The position numbers were made by a program, and so were the translations under genes. From Guptibacillus hwajinpoensis (GTDB lineage: Bacteria; Bacillota; Bacilli; Bacillales; Bacillaceae_J), in the NCBI GenBank assembly GCA_016841285.1, contig JAENZK010000001.1, forward strand, positions 1 through 49,369: a stretch of DNA of 49,369 nt, in the 5' to 3' direction. Below the pieces are notes generated by a model, which was given only the letters and a program-made list of their open reading frames with translations, had not been told where the DNA came from and did no database searches. Of the stretch, positions 9,097 through 17,911 are shown one piece after another (positions within the stretch are counted from its first letter, which is position 1; each line of letters opens with the position of its first letter).

Positions 9097-9945
9097 ATGA
9101 TTTACATTGGTTTAACAGGCTGGGGAGATCACGAAACCCTTTATGCTAATGAAATAAAGCCTAAAGATAAACTAGCTGAATATAGTGGTCACTTTAAAGT
9201 TGTCGAGGTAGATACATCGTATTATTCGATTCCACCAGTCCAGAATGCAGAAAAATGGATCAGTGAAACCCCAGATGGATTCTGCTTTGTGGTAAAAGCC
9301 TATCAAGGAATGACCAAGCATATTCGGAAGGAAAGAATTCCTTTTAATACTAGTAATGAGATGTTTCAAGCGTTTAAGGATTCGTTAGCACCGTATGAGG
9401 TAAGTGGCAAATTAGCAGCAGTTTTGTTTCAGTTTCCACCATGGTTTAATTGTTGTAAAGAAAATGTAGCTTATATAAGGTATTGTAAAAATTTAATGGA
9501 TGATTTTCCTGTGGCTCTGGAATTCAGGCATCAATCATGGTTCAGTAGCAAATACCGTGAGGGTACTTTATCGTTTATGAAACAAGAAGGATGGATTCAT
9601 TCAATTGCGGATGAACCACAAGTTGGAGAAGGGTCAGTGCCGTTAGTTCCAGTTGCAACTGATTCGGAAATGACAATTGTTCGGATGCATGGCCGAAATG
9701 TTCAGGGGTGGAACAAACCAGAAGATGTTGACTGGCGAGAAGTCCGATTTTTGTATAAATATAGTAGGGAAGAGCTTTTAGAATGGAAAAAAATCATTGG
9801 AGAGCTTTCAAAACAAACAAAAGATATTATTGTATTATTCAATAATAATTCGGGTGGAGATGCGGCAGAGAATGCAAAACAATTTCAAGAAATTTTAGGA
9901 GTTGAGTATGAAGGACTTGCTCCTAAACAATTGGGTTTGTTTTGA
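9097..9945 (+). CDS. DUF72 (YecE/YunF-like) protein
   Basis: IYIGLTGW, VEVDTSYY, FVVKAYQGMT, LFQFPPWF, EFRHQSW, RMHGRN, FNNN. Confidence 0.9.
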   Translation: MIYIGLTGWGDHETLYANEIKPKDKLAEYSGHFKVVEVDTSYYSIPPVQNAEKWISETPDGFCFVVKAYQGMTKHIRKERIPFNTSNEMFQAFKDSLAPYEVSGKLAAVLFQFPPWFNCCKENVAYIRYCKNLMDDFPVALEFRHQSWFSSKYREGTLSFMKQEGWIHSIADEPQVGEGSVPLVPVATDSEMTIVRMHGRNVQGWNKPEDVDWREVRFLYKYSREELLEWKKIIGELSKQTKDIIVLFNNNSGGDAAENAKQFQEILGVEYEGLAPKQLGLF

Positions 9946-9958
9946 AGCGAAGGATAAA

Positions 9959-10027
9959 AAATAGGGACGGTTCTTGAATGGTAATGAAATTGGATTTCTT
10001 AGTACTTAGAACCGTCACCGTATTTTT
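9959..10027. repeat. Imperfect palindrome with GGGACGGTTCT/AGAACCGTC arms (REP-like, bidirectional terminator)
   Basis: AAATAGGGACGGTTCT...AGAACCGTCACCGTATTT between convergent genes. Confidence 0.55.
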
Positions 10028-10290
10028 TATTTAACTCGATATAATACAACATAGCCATTCCCTCTAGTAATGTATTTGCGATCTTTTTCTTTTCTGTTTA
10101 GAACTTTTTGTAGTTTATAAAGAGATGATTCTTTTGCGATTTCAGGGGTGTTTCCATAATTGTAAGCGGTTACACTTTTTAACGTTGAAGAGACTATATA
10201 CCTATCGTCGTCAAGCCATATACGGTGTCTTATTTTTCCGTTTTGATACCAAAACGAATTCCAAATTTTTCTAACCATTATAATAATCAC
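10027..10290 (-). CDS. Hypothetical basic protein (87 aa)
   Basis: ORF with GTGAGG RBS-like sequence; no recognisable family. Confidence 0.55.
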   Translation of the reverse strand: MIIIMVRKIWNSFWYQNGKIRHRIWLDDDRYIVSSTLKSVTAYNYGNTPEIAKESSLYKLQKVLNRKEKDRKYITRGNGYVVLYRVK

Positions 10291-10372
10291 CTCACTATTT
10301 TATATTATAATTATAATATACTGCTTTTATTCTTTGAATTCTAGTTCTATTTTTTGAAAATACAAAATAATC

Positions 10373-10429
10373 AACCCGAAGACACTGACAAATATGAATA
10401 TATCAATGTTCGTCAGTGTTTTCGGTTGT
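10373..10429. terminator. Hairpin terminator after ORF 10430-10615
   Basis: CCGAAGACACTGAC...GTCAGTGTTTTCGG inverted repeat. Confidence 0.6.
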
Positions 10430-10615
10430 TTAGCTAACCCGATTCACTCTTCCGCCATGGATAACCTGAAATTTTTTCTTTTTTCCTTCTCGTAGTTCTT
10501 TTTTTACCTTTAGAAAAAGCAAAACAGGTACCCAACTAAAAGCTACTATGGTAATGATTACATAGTACAAAAAAGGATCAACAACACCAAAAAGATTTTG
10601 CCCCTGCTCTAACAA
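10430..10615 (-). CDS. Small single-pass membrane protein (61 aa)
   Basis: GAAAGGTGG RBS, TTG start, one hydrophobic segment, basic tail ending FQVIHGG. Confidence 0.6.
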   Translation of the reverse strand: MLEQGQNLFGVVDPFLYYVIITIVAFSWVPVLLFLKVKKELREGKKKKFQVIHGGRVNRVS

Positions 10616-10788
10616 TCTATAATGCCACCTTTCTGATAGTTTTTATATTATATTCTATGGAAAGTTTAAATATCCTTTTGTATATATAAATTTTTCTAAA
10701 ATATTATAATGAGAGTTGCTCATTGACAATAAACTAATGAAAAACCCAGAATTCCAGTGACCTAAGTCGCGGGATTCTGGGCTTTATA

Positions 10789-12135
10789 TTAATTATTTTC
10801 AGCTGGTGATACTTGATAATTCGCTTTTTTAACAACATTGATGATAAATCCGATGACTCCACCAATAACCGCTGGCAAAATCCATCCTAATCCTACCGAA
10901 TACATTGGAAGAATTGTAGTAAATAAATCATTGATGGCTTGTACCTTAATGCCGGCAGCGTTTAATCCATCAAACACACTTACGATACCGGTTAATAACA
11001 TACTAACTTGATATACCTCTTTTTTACCCTTAAATAGAGGGTGAAGGAATGTTAATACTAATAAGGCAATAGCTAACGGATATAGAGTGACTAAAACTGG
11101 TACAGAAATTGAAATTAAGGTTGATAAACCAAAGTTTGCAATGATTGTACTAAAAATTGTGAAAATGATTGCCCATCTTGTATATGAAACGCTTGGAACT
11201 AACTTGTTGAAATATGCTGCACATGATGTGATCAAGCCGATACTAGTTGTTAAACAAGCAGCAATTACTATAATAGAAAGTAATGCATTCCCGTATGATC
11301 CAAAATAATGAGCGGCCACTGCTGCAAGAACGGCACCGCCGTTATCTAACATGCCAAGTTCAGAAACGCTAGTTGCCCCCATGTAAGCAAGGGAAGAATA
11401 GATTGTTGCTAGTAATACTCCAGCAATAAGTGCAACCTTCAAACTAGAAGTCATAATTTCTTTTTTCGTAACTTCACCCCTGTTTTTAATTGTATTGATA
11501 ATAATGATTCCAAATACAAAAGCGGCTAATGCATCCATTGTTAAATATCCTTCTTGAAACCCTTTGAAAAAAGCATTGTTTAGATAGTTTTCAGTTGGAG
11601 CTTGAATTTCTCCAATTGGATTAAGAAACACGAATGTAATAAGAACACCAATCGATAGTAGCAATAAAGGTGTTAATATTTTTCCAATAACGTCAACTAA
11701 TTTAGAAGACCTTAATGAAAAGAATAGAGTAATTAAAAAAAAGATTAATGAAAAAATTAGTAAAGGTAAGAACCCTGCATTTTCCCCAAAGAAGGGTTTA
11801 ATTCCGATTTCATAAGATACTGTTGCTGTTCTAGGTATAGCAAAAAGTGGACCGATTGAAAGATAAAGTGCACTAGTAAATAGTATTCCGTAAATAGGGT
11901 GAACTCTACCTGCTAGAGATTGCAAATCACTCTTCCCTGAAAATCCTAATGCTAGTACACCTAGAATTGGTAATCCAACTCCGGTTACGATAAAGCCAGC
12001 ATTTGCAGCCCAAACGTTTTCTCCAGCCATTTGTCCAAGCATTACAGGGAATATTAAGTTACCTGCTCCAAAGAAAAGAGCAAATAACATAAATCCAACT
12101 GAAACAATAAATGAGAATGAATTCCTTGATGACAT
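10789..12135 (-). CDS. brnQ: Branched-chain amino acid transport system II carrier (BrnQ/BraB)
   Basis: GFMLFALFFGAGNLIFP, GPLFAIPRT, GYLTMDALAA, ACLTTSIGL. Confidence 0.93.
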   Translation of the reverse strand: MSSRNSFSFIVSVGFMLFALFFGAGNLIFPVMLGQMAGENVWAANAGFIVTGVGLPILGVLALGFSGKSDLQSLAGRVHPIYGILFTSALYLSIGPLFAIPRTATVSYEIGIKPFFGENAGFLPLLIFSLIFFLITLFFSLRSSKLVDVIGKILTPLLLLSIGVLITFVFLNPIGEIQAPTENYLNNAFFKGFQEGYLTMDALAAFVFGIIIINTIKNRGEVTKKEIMTSSLKVALIAGVLLATIYSSLAYMGATSVSELGMLDNGGAVLAAVAAHYFGSYGNALLSIIVIAACLTTSIGLITSCAAYFNKLVPSVSYTRWAIIFTIFSTIIANFGLSTLISISVPVLVTLYPLAIALLVLTFLHPLFKGKKEVYQVSMLLTGIVSVFDGLNAAGIKVQAINDLFTTILPMYSVGLGWILPAVIGGVIGFIINVVKKANYQVSPAENN

Positions 12136-12342
12136 ATATAAGACCTCCGTTAATTTTTAAAATAATATCTAACTATTTTAAAATTATGAAAATAATATAA
12201 TTTTTTATATTTCTTACAATAGCATTAATATTATTTTGTTAGAATGTTATTTGATTTTTCCGTAATTCGAATATATCATGCTAATTGCGATTATGCAATA
12301 GATATCTGAAAAATCGAATTATATAAATATACTAATAATATT

Positions 12343-12357
12343 AATTTTCTGATAAAA
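12343..12357. promoter_or_regulatory. Possible CodY site upstream of brnQ
   Basis: AATTTTCTGATAAAA, 12/15 match to AATTTTCWGAAAATT; BCAA transporters are known CodY targets, but the region is very AT-rich. Confidence 0.4.
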
Positions 12358-12530
12358 TATCCCTGTTTTTTACTAATAATCTTTTTTATGGAAGTGGTTT
12401 GATATAACCAGTATTAATATATTATTAAAATGATTTGAAGTTCATAATGTTAATCTAGCAAGAAATTATTCTTCATGATAAATTTATAGAAGAAAATTTA
12501 ACGACCGTATAAAAGAAAGGAGGCAACCTG

Positions 12531-15500
12531 ATGCGAATTAAACTCAATCAAAAAATTATAAAAGAGCGCTGTGGGGCTGTCTCCTTTAAAAAAGGAGAGG
12601 TCTTTTATCGTAATGGGAAAGTAACCGTAGAATTAGTAAGTCCCTACTCCATACAAGCCATAGTTCAAGGAAGCGAGAGTTTCTTGGTTCACCTTGAGAA
12701 AGATCCTTATAGTTTTCGGGCGACCTGTAGCTGTCCTTCCCTTTCTTCGGTTGATAAAGATTGTCAACATGTTGCCGCGGTCTTAATTGCTTGGAATCAT
12801 CACCAACAAGAGATGAAACTAGTTGAGAATAGAGTTGATGGAACAGAGGAAGAGTTATCGGAAGGGTTGCTACGATTATTTGAGCCGAAACAACCATCTA
12901 AAAGTGGTCAACAACTCCATTTTGAAAATAGGCAAGTACTGAATACAACTATTTTTTGTAATGGAGTTATCGCTTGGGGAAATGCGCGTTTTGGAATCGA
13001 AATATCCATCGAATCAAAGAAAATAGCTGATATTCGTGAATTTCTTGAAAGTATTAGGGAAGGAAAAGGTCACGTCCTGTCAAATGAATTCAAGTACGAC
13101 CCAACCAAACATTGTTTTGACAACTTAACTGATGCAATTTTGGGACAACTCATTCTTGCTATGGATGATGAAAAAATGTATAGTCGGGCAATGCCAAATA
13201 CGGTTCAACAGGACAAAGGGATGGTACGCGTTCCTGCATCTTTATGGAAAAAAGTCGAACCGCTATTAGTACGTGCTCCAAATGTAATCTTACAATATAG
13301 TGGGAAAAGCTATCATCATTTTCGAGTTTCTGATGAACCGTTACCTTTAATATTTGAATTTACGGGTACAGAAGAAAACGGTTATCAACTTATTATTCGC
13401 GGTCTAAATGAGATGATGATTTTAAAAGAATATGACAGCGTCCTTTCGGAAGGGAAAGTCGTTGCCGTAAAAAGATGGGAAGCTGAACGTCTTTATGAAT
13501 TAAAGAGGATGCTGGAGAATTCCAGAACGAATGAGATTCCGATGCCCAGTCATCAATTGAAATATTACATGGAAAAACTAATGCCGTCCTTAAGGAAAAT
13601 GGGAGAGGTCCATTTATCTGGGGAAATTACCGCACAACTTCATAAAACCCCATTACAAGCCAAGCTCTTCTTGGATCGTGTGAAAAATCGCCTATTAGCC
13701 GGACTAGAGTTTCATTATGAGAATGTTGTTCTCAATCCACTAGATTACCGGCAGCCAGAAGTGGGCTCAATGATTATTCGAGATATGGAGAAGGAAGAAG
13801 CTATTTTGCAACTGATGGGGGAGAGCCAGTTCAACCAGACGGAAAGTGGCTACTATATTCAAAATGAAGAATTAGAGTATAACTTTTTGTACCATGTATT
13901 ACCAAAGCTGCAGAAAGTTGTTCAGGTGTATGCTACAACGGCAGTTCGCATGAGAATTCTACCAAAAACTATGATTCCTAGAATCAAGGTGAGGCACTAT
14001 AGGGAAAAGTTCCATTTTATTGAGTTTTCGTTTAAGATTGACGGTATTCCGGAGACTGAGATTAAAGAAGCTTTAGCAGCACTGGAAGAAAAACGGAAAT
14101 ACTACCGGCTTCGCGATGGTGCCTTGCTATCCTTAGAGACGAAAGAGATGGAAGAAATCAAGCGTTTTTTGCATGCTGTTCCAGTTCAAGATGATGAATG
14201 GGAAAAGCGTTTTGAAGTACCTGTTGTCGAAGGACTTAGATTGCTAAATTATTTTGAGGAAAGCGATATCGTATCACACGAAGCATCATTTCGGAAGTTT
14301 CTAGAGAAACTTCAACATCCCGAACGACTGCGGTATAAAGTTCCGGAGCAGCTAGAAGAAATTTTGCGAAACTATCAAAAACACGGATTTAAATGGATGA
14401 AAACCCTTGCTAGTTATGGATTTGGTGGAATACTAGCAGATGATATGGGACTTGGGAAGACCGTTCAAAGTATCGCCTTTATTTTATCCGAGCTTCCAAT
14501 TATTCGTGAAAAAGGCCGGCCGGCATTGATTGTGTGCCCTTCTTCCGTTACGTATAATTGGCAAAGCGAAATTATGAAATTTGCACCCGATATTGAGATG
14601 ATTATCATGGATGGGAAAAAGTCTGAACGAGTCAAGTTGCAATCCATGCTTGGTGGTATAGATGTGCTCATTACGAGCTATCCCTTGCTTCGTAGCGATT
14701 TACGGTGGTACGAGAAGCAGGATTTTCATGTTGTATTTTTTGATGAAGCACAAATGTTCAAAAATCCCTTAACGCAAACAGCCCGTGCAGTAAAAAAACT
14801 GCGATCAAATTATCGTTTTGCTTTAACAGGTACACCTATGGAAAACGCATTAGAGGAACTCTGGTCTATCTTTCATGTCGTATTTCCCGAGTTATTCCTA
14901 GGAATAAGGGAGTACAGTGAATTAACAAATAAACAAATTGCCCGGAGGATTCGGCCATTTATGCTTCGTAGAGTCAAAGAAGATGTTCTTGATGAATTAC
15001 CAGGGAAAAAGGAAGCAGTGGAAACGAGCGAATTACTACCGGAACAGAAGAAACTTTATGCCGCTTATTTGGCCAAGCTGCGTCATAAAACATTAAAACA
15101 TTTGGATAAAGAAACAATTAGGAAAAATCGTATTAAAATCTTAGCGGGTTTAACCCGACTGCGTCAAATTTGCTGTCATCCTCGACTGTTTGTTGATGGT
15201 TATACTGGGACTTCGGCCAAATTCGAACAGCTCATGGAAATTGTTGAAGATGCAAGACGTTCCGGACGCCGGCTGTTGATTTTCTCTCAATTTACAAAGA
15301 TGCTGCAAATGATAGGGCAAGAATTAGCTATTCAAGAAATCTCTCATTTCTATTTAGATGGCCAGACTCCATCAGAGGAGAGACTGGAGTTATGTAATAG
15401 GTATAATGCTGGTGAACGGGACCTATTTTTGATTTCCTTAAAAGCAGGTGGGACAGGGCTTAATTTAACTGGTGCAGACACCGTTATTTTTTATGATAGC

Positions 15501-15722
15501 TGGTGGAATCCTGCCGTAGAAGAACAAGCGGCTGACCGCGCTCATCGGATCGGTCAAAAACAAACGGTTCAAGTAATCAAACTTGTATCCAAAGGGACCA
15601 TTGAGGAAAAGATGAATGAATTGCAAGATAGAAAGCGGCATCTAATAGAAGAAGTCATTGATCCAAAAAATGAACACCTGGGCACCCTCACAGATGAGGA
15701 TATTCAGGATTTGTTGAGTTAG
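12531..15722 (+). CDS. SNF2-family helicase with N-terminal SWIM zinc finger
   Basis: CSC...CQH SWIM, GGILADDMGLGKT, DEAQ, TGTPMEN, SLKAGGTGLNL, QAADRAHRIGQ. Confidence 0.95.
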   Translation: MRIKLNQKIIKERCGAVSFKKGEVFYRNGKVTVELVSPYSIQAIVQGSESFLVHLEKDPYSFRATCSCPSLSSVDKDCQHVAAVLIAWNHHQQEMKLVENRVDGTEEELSEGLLRLFEPKQPSKSGQQLHFENRQVLNTTIFCNGVIAWGNARFGIEISIESKKIADIREFLESIREGKGHVLSNEFKYDPTKHCFDNLTDAILGQLILAMDDEKMYSRAMPNTVQQDKGMVRVPASLWKKVEPLLVRAPNVILQYSGKSYHHFRVSDEPLPLIFEFTGTEENGYQLIIRGLNEMMILKEYDSVLSEGKVVAVKRWEAERLYELKRMLENSRTNEIPMPSHQLKYYMEKLMPSLRKMGEVHLSGEITAQLHKTPLQAKLFLDRVKNRLLAGLEFHYENVVLNPLDYRQPEVGSMIIRDMEKEEAILQLMGESQFNQTESGYYIQNEELEYNFLYHVLPKLQKVVQVYATTAVRMRILPKTMIPRIKVRHYREKFHFIEFSFKIDGIPETEIKEALAALEEKRKYYRLRDGALLSLETKEMEEIKRFLHAVPVQDDEWEKRFEVPVVEGLRLLNYFEESDIVSHEASFRKFLEKLQHPERLRYKVPEQLEEILRNYQKHGFKWMKTLASYGFGGILADDMGLGKTVQSIAFILSELPIIREKGRPALIVCPSSVTYNWQSEIMKFAPDIEMIIMDGKKSERVKLQSMLGGIDVLITSYPLLRSDLRWYEKQDFHVVFFDEAQMFKNPLTQTARAVKKLRSNYRFALTGTPMENALEELWSIFHVVFPELFLGIREYSELTNKQIARRIRPFMLRRVKEDVLDELPGKKEAVETSELLPEQKKLYAAYLAKLRHKTLKHLDKETIRKNRIKILAGLTRLRQICCHPRLFVDGYTGTSAKFEQLMEIVEDARRSGRRLLIFSQFTKMLQMIGQELAIQEISHFYLDGQTPSEERLELCNRYNAGERDLFLISLKAGGTGLNLTGADTVIFYDSWWNPAVEEQAADRAHRIGQKQTVQVIKLVSKGTIEEKMNELQDRKRHLIEEVIDPKNEHLGTLTDEDIQDLLS

Positions 15723-15792
15723 CGGGAATTAGGTAATAAGGTGCCTTGTTCGAGTGATAGGATCAGTGCTTCGAGCCCGTTTTAGCGAACAG

Positions 15793-16200
15793 TCACAATG
15801 GCTGTTCGCTAATTTTTTGCTCAAGTAACACTATTCTTTGCTCTAGTGATTCATTCTTGTGTTCTAATTCATTTATTTTCTTTTGTTGTTCTTCAATTAA
15901 ATTTTTTAATTCTACATAGGCACTTGGTTTTGATGAATATTCAGAAGATGGTAAATCTAGGCGGTTTTGTTTATCCGGACTAATAATTTCAATTTCCATT
16001 GTGTGTCCAGCTACTTCTCTTATTGATTCAAAAATTAACGTTTTATAACGGGATTCAAGCCAATCAGCTTGAAATTCATTTTTTGCTTTTACAAATATCA
16101 CGTCATCATCAATCTCTGCCGTTGTGTCAGCTAACCATGTTGCAAAACTAGGTTTGCTGATTTTTTTCTTAATATTATCTAATACATCTTCCCAATTCAT
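15793..16200 (-). CDS. Stand-alone DnaA N-terminal (domain I) protein with C-terminal coiled coil
   Basis: W-x-x-VL-x-x-IKKKISKPSFATWL and NEF-x-x-DWLESRY match DnaA domain I; AAGGAG RBS; no AAA+ or DNA-binding domain. Confidence 0.85.
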   Translation of the reverse strand: MNWEDVLDNIKKKISKPSFATWLADTTAEIDDDVIFVKAKNEFQADWLESRYKTLIFESIREVAGHTMEIEIISPDKQNRLDLPSSEYSSKPSAYVELKNLIEEQQKKINELEHKNESLEQRIVLLEQKISEQPL

Positions 16201-16361
16201 ATGAAAACAGCTCCTTACCTTTTTAGGTTGTCCGTTTTTTATCTATATTTCTAATTTATCTAAAATCCCGTATAATTTCTACAATCAGATAAAATCACTG
16301 AATTGAATAGTGTATCAACTACTTACTAAACCTTCAAATGTATGGTACTATACAAAAAATA

Positions 16362-16554
16362 TAACTTTATTCAGCAGAAGATCCCCACTTCCAAAAGTGG
16401 TGGGATGAATGTAATGTAATACTCCATTCAATGGGAGGTGCAAAACCCTTCTGAATAAAGTTAAGCCTCCGGCGGATCCCACGGATTTTCGGAGGAAGTT
16501 TTTCGAGCAAGCTCGAAAAAATCCGGGATCAAATACGCCAGGGCGTATTTGATC
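16362..16554. repeat. ~190-bp multi-hairpin interspersed element (MITE-like)
   Basis: 13-bp IR TAACTTTATTCAG/CTGAATAAAGTTA, CCCACTT/AAGTGGTGGG, TTTTTCGAGC/GCTCGAAAAA and GATCAAATACGCC/GGCGTATTTGATC hairpins; GC-richer than flanks. Confidence 0.65.
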
Positions 16555-16575
16555 AATTTAGGGGTGAGACTTAAA

Positions 16576-17106
16576 ATGAGGTATGTTACATTAACGCAAA
16601 TATTTAAGCACCGTATTGCGCAAAAGTATTTATTACGTTCAGGTCTTGCTCACGCAATTGCTTGTGCATACCATGCGTTTAAATTAGCCAAACAGAGAAA
16701 TGTATCCGTCGATCTTGCAACTAAGGCAGCACTACTTCATGATATGGGGCATTATACTTGGTATCAAAATGGTAAATGGGATTACGACCTGTATAGACAA
16801 AATGATATTCATGCTATAAAAGGTGCAGAAAGAGCACATAAATTATTGATACGATTAGGTGAAAATCCACTGTACGCAAAGGATATCGCCTTTGCAATTC
16901 TTTTTCATACAGATTCTTACATTAAGGATAGCTTTATAAAACGGACACCTCTTCAAGAAATCACAAAGCTTGCAGATGAAATGGATGAAGAAAAAGATGG
17001 GCTTCATCACTATCGTAAAATTGATCATGATAAGGCATTAAAAATGATTGAAAGATTAGATCTGATGGTCGAAAAGGAAATGGAACTCCAAGATGACGCA
17101 AGGTAA
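16576..17106 (+). CDS. HD-domain metal-dependent phosphohydrolase
   Basis: H...LLHDMGH...H...FH...AD pattern; start ATG 16576 after AGGGGTGA. Confidence 0.88.
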   Translation: MRYVTLTQIFKHRIAQKYLLRSGLAHAIACAYHAFKLAKQRNVSVDLATKAALLHDMGHYTWYQNGKWDYDLYRQNDIHAIKGAERAHKLLIRLGENPLYAKDIAFAILFHTDSYIKDSFIKRTPLQEITKLADEMDEEKDGLHHYRKIDHDKALKMIERLDLMVEKEMELQDDAR

Positions 17107-17171
17107 AAAATTAATGTCCTACTTGTTCCACGAACATTTCAATCATCTCATAATTATGTTATAATATAACC

Positions 17172-17326
17172 AATATAATCATAAACTAAAAAAAGACCGC
17201 AAGTGCGCTAACACTTACGGTCTAGTACAATAGTCGCCCTCAAAAAGTGGCCGGCTCGAATTGGGTAATGAAATAGACCAATCCCTACAAGTTGATTAGG
17301 CTCAAGGGAGGTCTATTTCTTTTTGT
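17172..17326 (+). ncRNA. Putative antisense antitoxin RNA (type I TA)
   Basis: Promoter TTTCAA-17-TGtTATAAT (17137-17165); terminator AATAGACC...GGTCTATTTCTTTTT overlapping the toxin stop codon on the opposite strand; boundaries approximate. Confidence 0.7.
17187..17223 (-). terminator. Terminator of toxin mRNA
   Basis: Minus strand AGACCGTAAGTG-ttagcg-CACTTGCGGTCT followed by T run. Confidence 0.8.
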
Positions 17327-17396
17327 CTTGAGACAACATAGCAACAATCAGTAATCCGAATGTTAGCATTAACATTAATGTTTCAAATGTTGTCAT
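17313..17396 (-). CDS. Type I toxin, holin-like hydrophobic peptide MTTFETLMLMLTFGLLIVAMLSQDKKK (27 aa)
   Basis: Strong RBS GAAAGGGGGTGA, single TM helix with Lys tail, BsrE/BsrG/BsrH-like sequence, convergent antisense RNA. Confidence 0.88.
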   Translation of the reverse strand: MTTFETLMLMLTFGLLIVAMLSQDKKK

Positions 17397-17493
17397 AGGC
17401 TTCACCCCCTTTCAGTAGGGGAGTGAGCCAGACCGCCCTTGAGTGAGCTGTTTCTATTATACTTAAAAATATTATATCATAACACTTGTGTTA

Positions 17494-17507
17494 AGAACAT
17501 ACGATCG
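17494..17507. promoter_or_regulatory. LexA (Cheo)-like box over the toxin promoter -35 region
   Basis: AGAAC-ATAC-GATCG vs CGAAC-N4-GTTCG; minus-strand extended -10 TGaTATAAT at 17471-17479. Confidence 0.5.
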
Positions 17508-17602
17508 CATGATTGTTGTGAAAAAAACATACATATGATTCTACCATGTAAAATTTTGGTTGGGAATAAGTTTTCTTACTGATTGAATTCAGAGGTGAAG
17601 TC

Positions 17603-17794
17603 ATGCTAAGCCAAGGAATTTACGAAGAAATTATCAATATCAATACAAAACTGTAAGGTGATCTAGCCGCATTAGAAATCGATAGATACGAAGTAGGGAA
17701 GGAGCAGCTTGGTCCTTAATATTAAACCTTATTTCTATCAAAAGGAAATTCTTGAAAAATTGCAGGTTGAAAGAGCAAATAAGAATATTCTGTA
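17603..17794 (+). pseudogene. Deleted remnant of a large helicase gene (DUF3427-type DEAD/DEAH helicase-like)
   Basis: GAGGTGA RBS, MLSQGIYEEIIN...*...EIDRYEVGKEQL, then in another frame NIKPYFYQKEILEKLQVER (Q-motif-like helicase segment); family assigned from recalled similarity. Confidence 0.55.
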
Positions 17795-17911
17795 GGGTAA
17801 CATATAAACACTGGGTAAATACAATAGAACTACAAAAGGGGGAAGCTGAACTAAACCAAAGGCTTCCCCTATCTTATATCCAATATATTCTACAGAAAGA
17901 ACAATTAAAAT

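Noticed and set aside
4080-15722. The two helicases as parts of a defence island
   Set aside because: Each is solo among housekeeping genes, with no methylase or nuclease partners.
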